A stretch of 64,000 bases of DNA from Enterovirga sp. (lineage in GTDB: Bacteria > Pseudomonadota > Alphaproteobacteria > Rhizobiales > Beijerinckiaceae). The stretch lies in NCBI RefSeq assembly GCF_035325185.1, contig NZ_DAOLAJ010000005.1:5166-69165 (forward strand), given 5' to 3'. Below, piece by piece: positions 1-9,945 of this stretch. The translations under genes and the position numbers were made by a program. The first letter of the stretch is position 1. Each line of letters opens with the position of its first letter. The notes under the pieces are model-generated. The model searched no databases. It was not told the origin of the DNA and saw only the letters and a program-made list of their open reading frames with translations.

Positions 1-483
1 GCCGAGGAATACCGCGTGAAGGCCCGCAAGGCCGAGATCGGGGCCGACCTCGCCTCGCTCGAGGAGAAGCTGCGCCTCGCCATCGCCGAGAACCGCGACG
101 ATCTCGCCAAGGCCGCCATCGCGCGCCAGATCGACCTCGAGGCGCAGGTCACCGCTCTCGACCGCACCCTCGCCGACGTCAGGGGAGAGATCGAGGAGGG
201 CCAGCAGGCCCTCCAGGCGGTGCTCGCGACGCGCCGCGAGGCCGAGGCGCGGCTCGCCGATCTCGAGCGCAGCCTCGCCAAGCACGCGCCCGAGGAGATG
301 TCCGGCGGGCGCAGCAAGGGACGCGCGAGCGAGGGCAGCGCCCGCGCTGCCGCCGCGATCGCGCGCGTCACGGGCGTCCCGGCCGGCGCCGGCTCCCAGG
401 GGGTGGAACTCGACGAGCTGGACCGCCTCCACCGCGAGCGCGCCATCGCCGAGCGGCTCGCCCTCGCCAAGGGCAGCCGCTGA
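1..483 (+). CDS. pspA: PspA/IM30 family coiled-coil protein (5' truncated by window edge)
   Basis: Frame open from base 1 (AEEYRVKARK...). Motif A..ENRDDLAKAAIARQIDLE is typical of PspA/IM30. Lies upstream of yqiJ/flotillin. Confidence 0.8.
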   Translation, partial: AEEYRVKARKAEIGADLASLEEKLRLAIAENRDDLAKAAIARQIDLEAQVTALDRTLADVRGEIEEGQQALQAVLATRREAEARLADLERSLAKHAPEEMSGGRSKGRASEGSARAAAAIARVTGVPAGAGSQGVELDELDRLHRERAIAERLALAKGSR

Positions 484-499
484 GCGGACGGGGCGTGCC

Positions 500-1111
500 A
501 TGGAACTCCTGCTCGCCGCCGAGGTCCGGCCTTTCGCCGTCGCCGCGATGCTGCTGGCCGGGCTCGTCGGCGTCGAGGTCGTCATGCTGCTGGTGGGGGC
601 CTCGATCAGCGACCTCGTCGAGCATTCGCTCGACCACGGCCATGACGGCGGCGGGCTCAACTGGCTGAATGTCGGCCGCGTGCCCCTGCTCGTCCTGATC
701 ATGATCGCGCTCGGCGCCTTCGCGGGGACCGGCTTCGTGATCCAGGCCCTGGCCCGCGCCGCGGGCGCCCCCCTTTCGCCCGCGCTCGCGAGCCTCGGCG
801 CGCTGGTCCTCGCCGTGCCGATGACCCGGATCGGCAGCCGGGCCGTCGCCCGCATCGTGCCGCGCGACGAGACCTATGCAGTCGAGCTGGCCGATCTCGT
901 CGGGCGGACGGGCGAGGTCTCGCGCGGGCCGCTCGACCAGGGCCGGCCCGGCACCGTCCGCCTCAAGGACGCGCATGGCAACTGGCACAGCGTCCGCGCC
1001 CGCGCCGCGGCCGATTCCGCGCCGATGCCGACCGGCGCGGCCATCCTTCTCGTCGACCTTCGGGGCGGCGTCTTCACCGCCATCCCCGCGCCGCCGGACC
1101 TCGGCGGCTGA
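500..1111 (+). CDS. YqiJ/DUF1449-like (NfeD-type OB-fold) inner membrane protein
   Basis: N-terminal TM helices, LNWLNVGRVPLLVL motif, C-terminal GTVRLKDAHGNWHSV OB-fold; precedes flotillin. Confidence 0.8.
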   Translation: MELLLAAEVRPFAVAAMLLAGLVGVEVVMLLVGASISDLVEHSLDHGHDGGGLNWLNVGRVPLLVLIMIALGAFAGTGFVIQALARAAGAPLSPALASLGALVLAVPMTRIGSRAVARIVPRDETYAVELADLVGRTGEVSRGPLDQGRPGTVRLKDAHGNWHSVRARAAADSAPMPTGAAILLVDLRGGVFTAIPAPPDLGG

Positions 1112-1138
1112 GCGGCCGGCCTTCCAGGGAGCGAAACC

Positions 1139-2914
1139 ATGACCGCAGGCATGTACGAGATCATGATCCCCGCCGTGATCGGCCTCCTGGCGATCGTCGG
1201 CATCGGCGTCGTCCTCGCGACGCTCTATACGCGCTCGACGCGCGATCAGGCCTATGTCCGTACCGGGCTCGGCGGCCAGAAGGTCGTGCTGGACGGCGGC
1301 TCGGTGGTGCTGCCGATCTTCCACTCGATCGCCCGCGTGAACCTCAAGACGCTGCGCCTCGAAGTGCGGCGCGGCGAGGGCGACGCCCTCATCACCAAGG
1401 ACCGCATGCGCGTCGATATCGGGGCGGAATTCTACGTGCGCGTAAAACCCGACGGCTCCTCGATCGCCCTCGCCGCCCAGACGCTCGGCGACCGCACCAA
1501 CAATGCCGAGGAGCTGCGCCTTCTCATCGAGGCGAAATTCGTCGACGGCCTGCGCTCGGTCGCCGCCACCATGAATCTCGACGAGCTGCAGGAACAGCGC
1601 GCCGATTTCGTGAAGGCGGTGCAGGAGGCGGTGGGCGCGGACCTCCAGTCGAACGGCCTCGAGCTGGAATCGGTCTCGCTGACGCGGCTCGACCAGACCG
1701 ACATCAAGCATTTCAACGCCAACAACTTCTTCGACGCCCAGGGCCTCGCGACGCTGACCCGCATCACCGAAACCCGCAAGAAGGAGCGCAACGAGATCGT
1801 CCGCGACACCGAGGTCGCCATCGCCCAGAAGGACCTCGATGCGAGGAAGCAGACCCTCGCCATCGAGCGCAACCAGCGCGAATCCGAGCTGAACCAGGAG
1901 CGCGACATCGCCAATATCGCGGCCGCGACGCGCGCGGAGACGGCGCGGCAGGAACAGGCCGCCCAACTCGCCGAGTCGGAAGCGCGGATCGACCGCGAGC
2001 GCGCCGTCGCCGAGCGCGAGGCGACGGCCAAGCAGGCCCGCGAATCGGCCAATATCGCCTCGACCCTCGCCGTGCAGCAGCGCGACACCGAGGCCAAGCG
2101 CGACCTCCAGCTCATCGCCCAGGACAGCGCCATCGCGGTCGCCGACCGCTCGCGCCAGGAATCGGAGGCCCGCGCGGCGGCCGAACAGGCCCGCGCCGTC
2201 GCCATCGCGGCGACCGAGAAGGTCGAGACGGCGAAATCCGTCGAGATCGCCGAGCGCGAGCGCCAGATCGCGATCATCGCGGCCAAGAAGCACGCCGAGA
2301 CCGAGGCGACCTCCGTCACCGTCTCGGCCGATGCCGAGAAGCAGGCGGCGCATGACCGGGCCGAGGCGAGGCTCACCCTCGCGCGCGCCGACGCGGATGC
2401 CGCCACGATCGCCGCCAAGGGCATCGTCGATACCGGCAAGGCCAAGGCGGAGGCCGAGGCGCTGCTCATCGAGGCCAAGAACCGGATCTCGCGCGAGATC
2501 ATCGAATTCGAGATCCTGCGCGAGCGCATCCGGATCGTCCCGCTCGCGCTGGCCGAGATCGTCAAGCCGGCCGAGAAGATCTCCGACATCCGCATCTTCG
2601 ACACGGGCGGCATGCTCGGCCGGGGCGGCGAGGGCAACGGCTCGGGCGGCAGCGGGGGAGTCGGCATGGGCGAGGGCCTCGCCGGCCAGCTTCTCGCCTA
2701 CAACGCGCAGAGCCCTGTCCTCGCGGAGCTGCTCAAGGCGGCCGGCTTCACGGGACCCGACGCGGTGGCGGCGCTCATGCGCGAGGCCGCCGGCGGACAG
2801 CCGGCGCCCGCCCGGGGGAAGGGAGCGTCCGATGGAGCCGCCGTGGGAGCGAGCTTCGCTCCGGCCGCCTCGTTCAGGCCATCCTCGCCGGGGACGGCGA
2901 CGGACAAGGCCTGA
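1139..2914 (+). CDS. Flotillin/SPFH (YqiK-like) protein
   Basis: N-terminal TM, SPFH domain (ALITKDRMRVDIGAEFYVRV, NGLELESVSLT), long AE-rich coiled coil. Confidence 0.9.
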   Translation: MTAGMYEIMIPAVIGLLAIVGIGVVLATLYTRSTRDQAYVRTGLGGQKVVLDGGSVVLPIFHSIARVNLKTLRLEVRRGEGDALITKDRMRVDIGAEFYVRVKPDGSSIALAAQTLGDRTNNAEELRLLIEAKFVDGLRSVAATMNLDELQEQRADFVKAVQEAVGADLQSNGLELESVSLTRLDQTDIKHFNANNFFDAQGLATLTRITETRKKERNEIVRDTEVAIAQKDLDARKQTLAIERNQRESELNQERDIANIAAATRAETARQEQAAQLAESEARIDRERAVAEREATAKQARESANIASTLAVQQRDTEAKRDLQLIAQDSAIAVADRSRQESEARAAAEQARAVAIAATEKVETAKSVEIAERERQIAIIAAKKHAETEATSVTVSADAEKQAAHDRAEARLTLARADADAATIAAKGIVDTGKAKAEAEALLIEAKNRISREIIEFEILRERIRIVPLALAEIVKPAEKISDIRIFDTGGMLGRGGEGNGSGGSGGVGMGEGLAGQLLAYNAQSPVLAELLKAAGFTGPDAVAALMREAAGGQPAPARGKGASDGAAVGASFAPAASFRPSSPGTATDKA

Positions 2915-2981
2915 ACCGCGCCGGCTCTTGGCCGCCAGGATATCCACCGGCTATGAAGGTCCGCTGCCGCCCGAGGACTCC

Positions 2982-3197
2982 ATGCCGGACAAAGAGTCGT
3001 ATTCCAAGCTGCGCGCCGATCTCGGCGTGCTCGAGACGGTCGAGAGCGACAACATCGTGCGCTGGGACGGCGAGCGCCTCTATGTCGAGCAGGACGTCTA
3101 TCACAACGGCCAGCTCGTCCATCGCAAGTATCGCCGCAACATCACCGAGCCCGTGGCCCGCGCCATCTCGGCCCTTCTCCTCGCCCGCACGCACTGA
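2982..3197 (+). CDS. Small hypothetical protein (71 aa)
   Basis: ATG at 2982 with GAGGAC RBS; protein-like sequence MPDKESYSKLRADLGVLETVESDNIVRWDGERLYVEQDVYHNG... The ORF track extends it wrongly from 2331. Confidence 0.7.
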   Translation: MPDKESYSKLRADLGVLETVESDNIVRWDGERLYVEQDVYHNGQLVHRKYRRNITEPVARAISALLLARTH

Positions 3198-3205
3198 GCG
3201 GCGGG

Positions 3206-3562
3206 TCACGCCGCCTGAAGCCAGGTCCGCGCGGCATCGAGCTCGTCCGTATGAAAGGTGCGGATCTCGGCGGAGGTGAACAGGCGGCCGAAGCCGGCCG
3301 CGGCGCGGATCCAGGCCTGATCGGCGACGACGGCGACGTGGCTGATCTTCCCGGCCAGCGGGAAGGCGAGCTTCAGGTCCTGCCAGATCGCGGCCGGACC
3401 GATGCCGGCGAAGCCGGCGACGTTCTCCAGCACCTTGACGGTGCCCGAGACCTCGATGTCCCGCTCCATGCGGGCGCAGACATTCGTGATGTCGTCCTTG
3501 GTCACGGTCCCGCTCACCGTCAGCTCGACGAGGCCGGGACGGGAATTGTCGTAAGCGATCAT
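3206..3562 (-). CDS. STAS/SEC14 (SpoIIAA-like) domain protein
   Basis: 118 aa; AIWQDLKL...KISHVAVVADQAWI...EIRTF...ARTWL pattern. Confidence 0.8.
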   Translation of the reverse strand: MIAYDNSRPGLVELTVSGTVTKDDITNVCARMERDIEVSGTVKVLENVAGFAGIGPAAIWQDLKLAFPLAGKISHVAVVADQAWIRAAAGFGRLFTSAEIRTFHTDELDAARTWLQAA

Positions 3563-3611
3563 GACCGCCTCCTCTGCGGAGGCAACGCGAGGAGAGGACG
3601 GGGGTTCGGCC

Positions 3612-6600
3612 TCAATGGGCCGCGTCCCAGTTCGCCCCGGCCCTGGCCTCGACGGCGAGCGGCACGCGCAACCGCACCGCCGGATGGGCGGCCTCCTCCA
3701 TCACGCGCCGGATCACCGGCAGCGTCGCCTCGACCTCCCCGTCCGGGACCTCGAAGACGAGCTCGTCGTGGACCTGGAGCAGCATCCGCGCCGACAGCCC
3801 GGCCTCGGCCAGGGCGGCGTCCATGCGGATCATGGCGCGGCGGATGATGTCGGCGGCCGAGCCCTGGATGGGCGCGTTGATCGCCTGCCGCTCGACCGCC
3901 GCCCGCAGGGACGGGTTGGACGCCGTGATGTCCGGGTAATGGCAGATGCGGCCGAACAGCGTGCGCACATGGCCGTGCTCGCGGCAGAAGCGCTTGGTCT
4001 CGTCCATATAGGTCTTGATGCCGGGGAAGCGCTCGAAATAGCGGCGGATATAGTCGGACGCCTCGGCGCGCGCGATGCCGAGCTGGTTGGCGAGGCCGAA
4101 GGCCGAGATGCCGTAGATGATGCCGAAATTGATCGCCTTGGCCCGCCGCCTGATCTCGGGCGGCATGCCCGCCACCGGCACCCCGAACATCTCCGAGGCG
4201 GTGGTCGCGTGGATGTCGATGCCGCGGGCGAAGGATTCGACGAGCTGGGGGATGTCCGCCATGTGGGCGAGGACGCGCAGCTCGATCTGCGAGTAATCGG
4301 CCGAGACGAGTTTGGTGCCCGGCGCCGGCACGAAGGCGCGGCGGATCTTGCGGCCCTCCTCGGTGCGGATCGGGATGTTCTGGAGGTTCGGATCGGCCGA
4401 GGAGAGGCGGCCGGTCGTCGTCGCGGCGAGGGCGTAGGAGGTGTGGATGCGCCCGGTCGCCTCGTTGATATAGGTCGGCAGGGAATCGGTATAGGTCTTC
4501 AGCTTGGCGAGCTGGCGCCATTCCAGGACCTTGAGCGGCAGGGGATGGTCCGAGGTCTCGGCGAGATCCTCCAGAAGGCGCGCGCCGGTGGACCATTGGC
4601 CCGTCGCCGTCTTCTTCGCCCCCGGCAGGCCGAACTTGCCGAACAGGATGTCGGCGAGCTGCTTCGGGGAGCCGATGGTGAAGCGCTCTCCGGCCGTCTC
4701 GTAGACCTCCTCCTCCACCCGCGCGATGACCTGGGCGAAATCGCCCGACATGCGCGAGAGGATCTGGCGGTCCACCAGGATGCCGCGCTCCTCCATCCGG
4801 GCCAGCACCGGCACGAGGGGACGCTCCAGCGTCTCGTAGACGGTGGTCCGGCCCTCGGCCGCGAGGCGCGGCTTCAGCAGGCGGTGGAGGCGGATGGCGA
4901 GATCGGGCGCCCCGGCCGCATAGGCCGTGGCCCGGTCGAGCGGGGCGAGGTCGAAGCTTTTCGCCCCGCGGCCCTTGCCCGTGATCTCGACCAGCGGCAT
5001 CGGCGCATGGCCGAGATAGAAGCCGGCCGCGGCCTCCGGTCCGTGATTGGCGAGGCCGGCCCGCCCGGCGTCGAGCGCATAGGAAACGAGCATCACGTCG
5101 TCGAGCGGCGCCATGTCGATCCCGTGGCGCCGCAAAACGAGGCAATCCGCCTTGATATTGTGCCCGATCTTCAGAACCGCGGGATCCTCCAGCAGCGGCT
5201 TCAGGCGCGCGAGCGCCTCGGCCGCGCCCATCTGCCCCGGCAGGGGGCCGTTGCTGAGCAGGTCCTCACCCGAGCGATGGGCGAGAGGCAGGTAGGCCGC
5301 CCTCCCAGGCTCCGGCGCGAGCGCGATGCCGACGATCTCCTGGCGCATCGGATCGGGGCCCGAGAGCTGGAGGTCGAGGGCGATCTCGCCGCGCTCGCGC
5401 GCGGCGTCGATCCAGCCATCCAGCTCGTCGAGGGCGCCGATGGCACAGTAGGCCGCCGCGTCCCAGGGCAGGGCCCGCAGGGCGGCGCGGCGGGATTCGA
5501 CAAGAGCGGCGGGCGCCATCGCCCCCCCTCCCCCCTTGTGGGGGAGGTCGAGCGACGCCGAAGGCGTCGACCGGGAGGGGGGGCTCCCCGCGCCGGCATG
5601 TCCGCCCCCCTCCCGGTCGGCTGACGCCGACTCGACCTCCCCCACGAGGGGGGAGGGGGAGTCTCCGTCGAGCCATGTGCCGCTTGCCGCATCCCAGGGG
5701 CGGGAGAGAATGGGATCCGGCTCGATCTCCTCCGCCTCTACCTCGTAGAGGGCCGCGACGCGCTTGGCGAAAGCGTCGAGCCGCAAGGCCCTGGCGAAGG
5801 CGAGGAGGCGCCGAGGATCGAGATCCCCGAGCTTCGTCTCACCGAGCGGCACCTCGACCTCCATGTCGCAATCGAGCGTGACGAGCCGCTTCGAGAGGCG
5901 GGCGGCCTCGGCATGCGCGACCAGCGCCTCGCGCCGCTTCGGCTGCTTGATCTGCGGCGCCTTCTCGAGAAGCGTTTCGAGGTCGCCGTATTCGGTGATG
6001 AGCTGGGCGGCGGTCTTGATGCCGATTCCCGGCACGCCCGGGACGTTGTCGGTCGGATCGCCGATCAGCGCCTGGACGTCCGTGACATGCTCGGGCGGGA
6101 CGCCGAACTTGTCGATCACCCCCTCCCGGTCGAGCCGGCGCTCGGGCCGGTAGCCGGGCTTGCCGGGAATGCCGCTCTCGAAGTCGTAGAAGGTCACACC
6201 CGGGCGGACCACCTGCATCAGGTCCTTGTCGGAGGAGACGATGAGCACCTCCGCCCCGTTCCGCGCCGCCTCGCAGGCATAGGTCGCGATGATGTCGTCC
6301 GCCTCGAAGCCGGCCTGCTCGATCGGCACAAGGCCGAAGGCGCGCACGGCCTCGCGCATGAGTGCGAATTGCGGAACCAGCTCGGCCGGCGGGTCGGGCC
6401 GGTGCGCCTTGTATCCGGCAAAGAGATCGGTGCGGAACGACGCCTCGGACTTGTCGAAGACGATGGCGAGATGGGTCGGCCTGATCCCGGTCGCCCCCTC
6501 CCGGATGAACTGCATGAGCTTCGTGCAGAAGAGCCGGACCGCGCCGGTCGGCAGCCCGTCTCCCGCCCGCGTATTGTATTTCCGGTCCTGGTTCATGGAC

Positions 6601-6689
6601 TGGAAATAGGCGCGGAACACGAAGGACGAGCCGTCCACCAGGAAGACCTGGTCTCCGGGTCCGGGCATCTCGGGAGCTGGCGCGGTCAT
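3612..6689 (-). CDS. polA: DNA polymerase I
   Basis: Start MTAPAPEM...VFLVDGSSFVFRAY (5'-3' exonuclease); motif A DYSQIELR, motif B RRRAKAINFGIIYG, motif C LLQVHDELVFE. The track's 8525 start is a false extension. Confidence 0.97.
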   Translation of the reverse strand: MTAPAPEMPGPGDQVFLVDGSSFVFRAYFQSMNQDRKYNTRAGDGLPTGAVRLFCTKLMQFIREGATGIRPTHLAIVFDKSEASFRTDLFAGYKAHRPDPPAELVPQFALMREAVRAFGLVPIEQAGFEADDIIATYACEAARNGAEVLIVSSDKDLMQVVRPGVTFYDFESGIPGKPGYRPERRLDREGVIDKFGVPPEHVTDVQALIGDPTDNVPGVPGIGIKTAAQLITEYGDLETLLEKAPQIKQPKRREALVAHAEAARLSKRLVTLDCDMEVEVPLGETKLGDLDPRRLLAFARALRLDAFAKRVAALYEVEAEEIEPDPILSRPWDAASGTWLDGDSPSPLVGEVESASADREGGGHAGAGSPPSRSTPSASLDLPHKGGGGAMAPAALVESRRAALRALPWDAAAYCAIGALDELDGWIDAARERGEIALDLQLSGPDPMRQEIVGIALAPEPGRAAYLPLAHRSGEDLLSNGPLPGQMGAAEALARLKPLLEDPAVLKIGHNIKADCLVLRRHGIDMAPLDDVMLVSYALDAGRAGLANHGPEAAAGFYLGHAPMPLVEITGKGRGAKSFDLAPLDRATAYAAGAPDLAIRLHRLLKPRLAAEGRTTVYETLERPLVPVLARMEERGILVDRQILSRMSGDFAQVIARVEEEVYETAGERFTIGSPKQLADILFGKFGLPGAKKTATGQWSTGARLLEDLAETSDHPLPLKVLEWRQLAKLKTYTDSLPTYINEATGRIHTSYALAATTTGRLSSADPNLQNIPIRTEEGRKIRRAFVPAPGTKLVSADYSQIELRVLAHMADIPQLVESFARGIDIHATTASEMFGVPVAGMPPEIRRRAKAINFGIIYGISAFGLANQLGIARAEASDYIRRYFERFPGIKTYMDETKRFCREHGHVRTLFGRICHYPDITASNPSLRAAVERQAINAPIQGSAADIIRRAMIRMDAALAEAGLSARMLLQVHDELVFEVPDGEVEATLPVIRRVMEEAAHPAVRLRVPLAVEARAGANWDAAH
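5524..5659. repeat. Palindromic REP/RPE-like element inserted in frame in polA
   Basis: Outer arms 5524-5552 and 5631-5659 are near-perfect inverted repeats. Inner arms are ACCGGGAGGGGGG/CCCCCCTCCCGGT, plus hairpin CGACGCC-GAA-GGCGTCG. Confidence 0.85.
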
Positions 6690-6797
6690 GGCGAGGAGAT
6701 ACCTGCTCGCGCCCCGCCGCGCCACCGCCCGCTGCGACGATGGGAACGGCGGCGGGGCATGGACGCGCGCGGCCTTTGCGGTCAGAACGGAGCGGGC

Positions 6798-8783
6798 ATG
6801 CCGGTGTCCTTCCTCCGCAACCGCGTCTGGCCGCTCCAGGCCGTGGTGGCTCTCGTCTTCACGACGCTGATGGTCCTCTTCGCGGGCGGGCTCGTCCTCT
6901 ACAACCATGCCCAGCTCACCCGCTTCGCCAAGCGCGAGGCCCATGCGAATTTCGACGCCGTCACCCGGATGGTCCGCAACGACCGGCTGGCGAACCGGCG
7001 CACATCCGAATTGCTGCTCGATTTCGGCACCTCGATCATCGACCCGGACATGCCCCGCGAGAAGTTGCAGGAGACGCTGCGCGGGCTGATGCGGGATGTC
7101 GAGCGGGCCATGCCCTCGACCTTCGGCATCTTCATCGCCTTTCCCGACGGCGGCCGGATCGGCGTCCAGGACGTCACCAGGGAGCGCCCGAAGGAGATTT
7201 TCGGCCTCGGCGGCAGCGCGGCCGTGCTGGGCGTCGAGGTCATCGACCGCTCCTCGGGCCATTCCATCGAGACCTGGACCCTCTACGACGAGCAGGGGCG
7301 CGAGGTCGCCCGGGCCGGCCCCTTCGCCGTCGATGACGACGCCCGCACCCGCGGCTGGTACGAGCGGGCGATCTCGACGCCGGCCACGATCGTCAGCCGG
7401 CCCTATGCCTTTGCGAACGCGCCCGGCGCGGGCATCACGATGGCGCGGGCGATGCCCGGCCATCCCGGCACCGTCTTCGGCATCGACGTCACGCTCGCCG
7501 ATCTCGACCGCATCCTCGCCGAGGGACGCAAGCACGTGGCGGCGGAGGCGCTGATCTTCGATCGGGAAGGCCGGCTCATCGCGCATCCCGACGGCGCGGA
7601 GCTGCGCAAGCGCGCCCGGCCGATGCCTCCCGAGATCCTGCCCAGGATCGCCGATCTCGGCTCCCCCCTTCTCGCCGCGATGGTTCGGAGCTTCCTGGAA
7701 TCGGGGGAGAACCGCGACACTCATTTCACCGTGCAGGGCCGGCCCTATATCGCCCGGTTCGAGGGAGCGGGCACCTCGATGGGCGACTACCTGCTCGGCC
7801 TCGCCGTGCCCGAGGATGTCCTGATGGGCGACGCCTATCGCATCCGCTTCGTGCTCCTCGTCTCGGCCGCCGTCGCCCTCCTGATCGCGCTTGCCCTGAT
7901 TCTTCTCGCCGCCCGGCGCATCGTCGCCCCGCTCAAGCTCGCCTCCCAGGGGCTCGGCCACATCATGGAGCTTCGGTTCGGCCAGACCCGGCCGATCCGC
8001 TCGCGCATCGCCGAGGTGTCCGAACTCGGCCGCGCCGTCACGACCCTGGAGCCGCTGCTCCAGAACTTCGCGCGCTACGTGCCCTTCGCGGTGGTGCGCG
8101 GCATGATCGACGACACCTTTCCCACCGATCTCGGCGGCCGCCGGCAGACGATCTGCGTCTTCTTCTCCGATATCGAGGGCTTCACGGGCCTCGCCGAGAC
8201 GCTCGATCCCGACACCCTGACGCACCGCACCTCGCGCTATTTCGCCGGGATCGGCGAGGAGATCGTGCGCTCCGGGGGAACGATCGACAAATATATCGGC
8301 GATTCCATCATGGCGTTCTGGAACGCGCCGGAGCCGCAGGAGGATTACGTCCGGCTCGCCTGTCTCGGCGCGCTCCGCGCCTCCCGCCGCATCGACCGGC
8401 TCAATGCGGAGCTGCGGGCGGAGGGGGCGGCCGAGATGCCGACGCGCTTCGGCCTGCATGTCGGGGAGGCGGTCGTCGGCAATATCGGCTCGGCCGACCG
8501 GATCAACTACACCGCCCTCGGCCATGCGGTGAACCTCGCCTCGCGGCTCGAGGGGCTGAACCGCGAATTCGGCACGACCATCCTCGTCAGCGAGGCGGTG
8601 GTCGAGGCGGCCGGACCGGGCTTCGTCTTCCGCCCCGTGGGCTCGACCGTCCCGCGCGGCGCCTCCCGGCCGATCAAGCTCTACGAGCTGGTGGGAGCCT
8701 GGATCGAGGGCGAGCCGGCCCTGGCTCCCCAGGGCGGGAGAATGCAGGCCGAGGCGAGGCTCGTTCTCCAGGAGCCGGGATAG
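6798..8783 (+). CDS. Class III adenylate/guanylate cyclase with periplasmic Cache-like sensor and HAMP-like linker
   Basis: Two TM segments flank a sensor with the PYAF..APGAGITMA Cache-like motif. Catalytic motifs FSDIEGFT, DKYIGDSIMAFW, NLASRLEG. Start inferred from the GGAGCGGG RBS. Confidence 0.88.
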   Translation: MPVSFLRNRVWPLQAVVALVFTTLMVLFAGGLVLYNHAQLTRFAKREAHANFDAVTRMVRNDRLANRRTSELLLDFGTSIIDPDMPREKLQETLRGLMRDVERAMPSTFGIFIAFPDGGRIGVQDVTRERPKEIFGLGGSAAVLGVEVIDRSSGHSIETWTLYDEQGREVARAGPFAVDDDARTRGWYERAISTPATIVSRPYAFANAPGAGITMARAMPGHPGTVFGIDVTLADLDRILAEGRKHVAAEALIFDREGRLIAHPDGAELRKRARPMPPEILPRIADLGSPLLAAMVRSFLESGENRDTHFTVQGRPYIARFEGAGTSMGDYLLGLAVPEDVLMGDAYRIRFVLLVSAAVALLIALALILLAARRIVAPLKLASQGLGHIMELRFGQTRPIRSRIAEVSELGRAVTTLEPLLQNFARYVPFAVVRGMIDDTFPTDLGGRRQTICVFFSDIEGFTGLAETLDPDTLTHRTSRYFAGIGEEIVRSGGTIDKYIGDSIMAFWNAPEPQEDYVRLACLGALRASRRIDRLNAELRAEGAAEMPTRFGLHVGEAVVGNIGSADRINYTALGHAVNLASRLEGLNREFGTTILVSEAVVEAAGPGFVFRPVGSTVPRGASRPIKLYELVGAWIEGEPALAPQGGRMQAEARLVLQEPG

Positions 8784-8787
8784 GAAA

Positions 8788-9945
8788 TTACAGCTTCTCG
8801 ACCAGGACCGCCGAGCCGAGCCCGCCGGCCGCGGCGATCGCGGCGAGGCCGAGCGAGCCGGGAGGCGCCTCGCGCTCCATATCGGCCAGCAGCCGGACGA
8901 GGCTGACCGCGCCGGAAGCGCCGATCGGATGTCCGCGCGCGAGGCCGCCGCCGCCGCGGTTCAGGCATGCGGGTGCGATGCCCAGATCCGCCGCGAAGGC
9001 GAGAGCCAGGACCGCGAAGGCTTCGTGGACCTCGGCCCCCCAGAGCGCCGAGGAATCGCCGAGCAGCCGCGCAGCCGCCCGGGCGGCCCCCGCCATCGGC
9101 ATTTCCGGCGCGGTGCCGACCTGGACGCCGCCGCGCCAGCGGAACCGGGGCCGCGCGCCGAGGAGCGCCGCAGCGTCCGGCGCCGCGAGGAGGATGAAGG
9201 CCGCGCCGTCCGCCTGCGGGGCGATGGCGAGCCGGCTGACCGCATGCGCGCCCGGATCGGCGGCCGGCGCGGGCTCGTCCGTCACGGCCTCGACCGGCAT
9301 GCGCGCGGCGCGAACGGGGGTCAGGGCGCGGGCATAGCTGTCATGGTCCGCCTCGCCGATGGGGACGATCTCCCCCGCCATCTGCGCGCGGCCGGCGAGC
9401 GCCCGCTCGTGGCTGAGCCGGGCGAAGTCGTCCTGCGCCTCCCGCGAAATGCCCCGCCGCGCGGCATAGCGGGCGGCGGCGAGCAGCAGGTCGGGATCGC
9501 GCGCAGGATCGGGCGCGAAGGCCGGCCGCTCGTAGGACACCGGCGCCTCGCCGGCGTGGCGCGGGCGATGATGCCGCAGGGGCGAGCGGCTCCAGGCTTC
9601 GGCGCCCCCCGCCACGACCAGCCGGGCCTGTCCCGATGCGATCAGGCCGGCGCCGAGCGCGACGGCGTCCAGCCCCGAGCAGCATTGGGTATCGACCGAA
9701 AAGCCGGCGGTGCCGTCCGGCAGGCCGGCGGCGAGGGCGATCATGCGCGCCGGATTGCCGCCCGCGCCGAGCGCATTGCCGCAGACCACGGCGTCCACCG
9801 ACGCGGCCTCGACGCCGCCGCGCGCCAGCAGGGCCCGCACGACCGGCGCGCCGATCTCGTGGGCCGCAAGCGAGGCCAGGGCGCCGCCCCGCGGCGTCAC
9901 CGCACTGCGGGCCCAGCCGAGCAGCACCGGCGCATCCCGCCTCAT
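8788..9945 (-). CDS. Thiolase-family protein
   Basis: GNALGAGGNPAR, DTQCCSGL, HEAF, GHPIGASG. The start ATG at 9945 overlaps the upstream stop. Confidence 0.88.
   Translation of the reverse strand: MRRDAPVLLGWARSAVTPRGGALASLAAHEIGAPVVRALLARGGVEAASVDAVVCGNALGAGGNPARMIALAAGLPDGTAGFSVDTQCCSGLDAVALGAGLIASGQARLVVAGGAEAWSRSPLRHHRPRHAGEAPVSYERPAFAPDPARDPDLLLAAARYAARRGISREAQDDFARLSHERALAGRAQMAGEIVPIGEADHDSYARALTPVRAARMPVEAVTDEPAPAADPGAHAVSRLAIAPQADGAAFILLAAPDAAALLGARPRFRWRGGVQVGTAPEMPMAGAARAAARLLGDSSALWGAEVHEAFAVLALAFAADLGIAPACLNRGGGGLARGHPIGASGAVSLVRLLADMEREAPPGSLGLAAIAAAGGLGSAVLVEKL

Noticed and set aside
368-2947. 859-aa minus-strand ORF and many similar long overlapping ORFs (e.g. 18515-21961, 21953-23797, 40229-42685, 50505-53072)
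   Set aside because: Antisense shadows of real genes in high-GC DNA; Arg/Gly/Pro-rich with no motifs.
3612-8525. 1637-aa 'giant PolA'
   Set aside because: The upstream 612 codons are the antisense of the adenylate cyclase; the polymerase starts at 6689.
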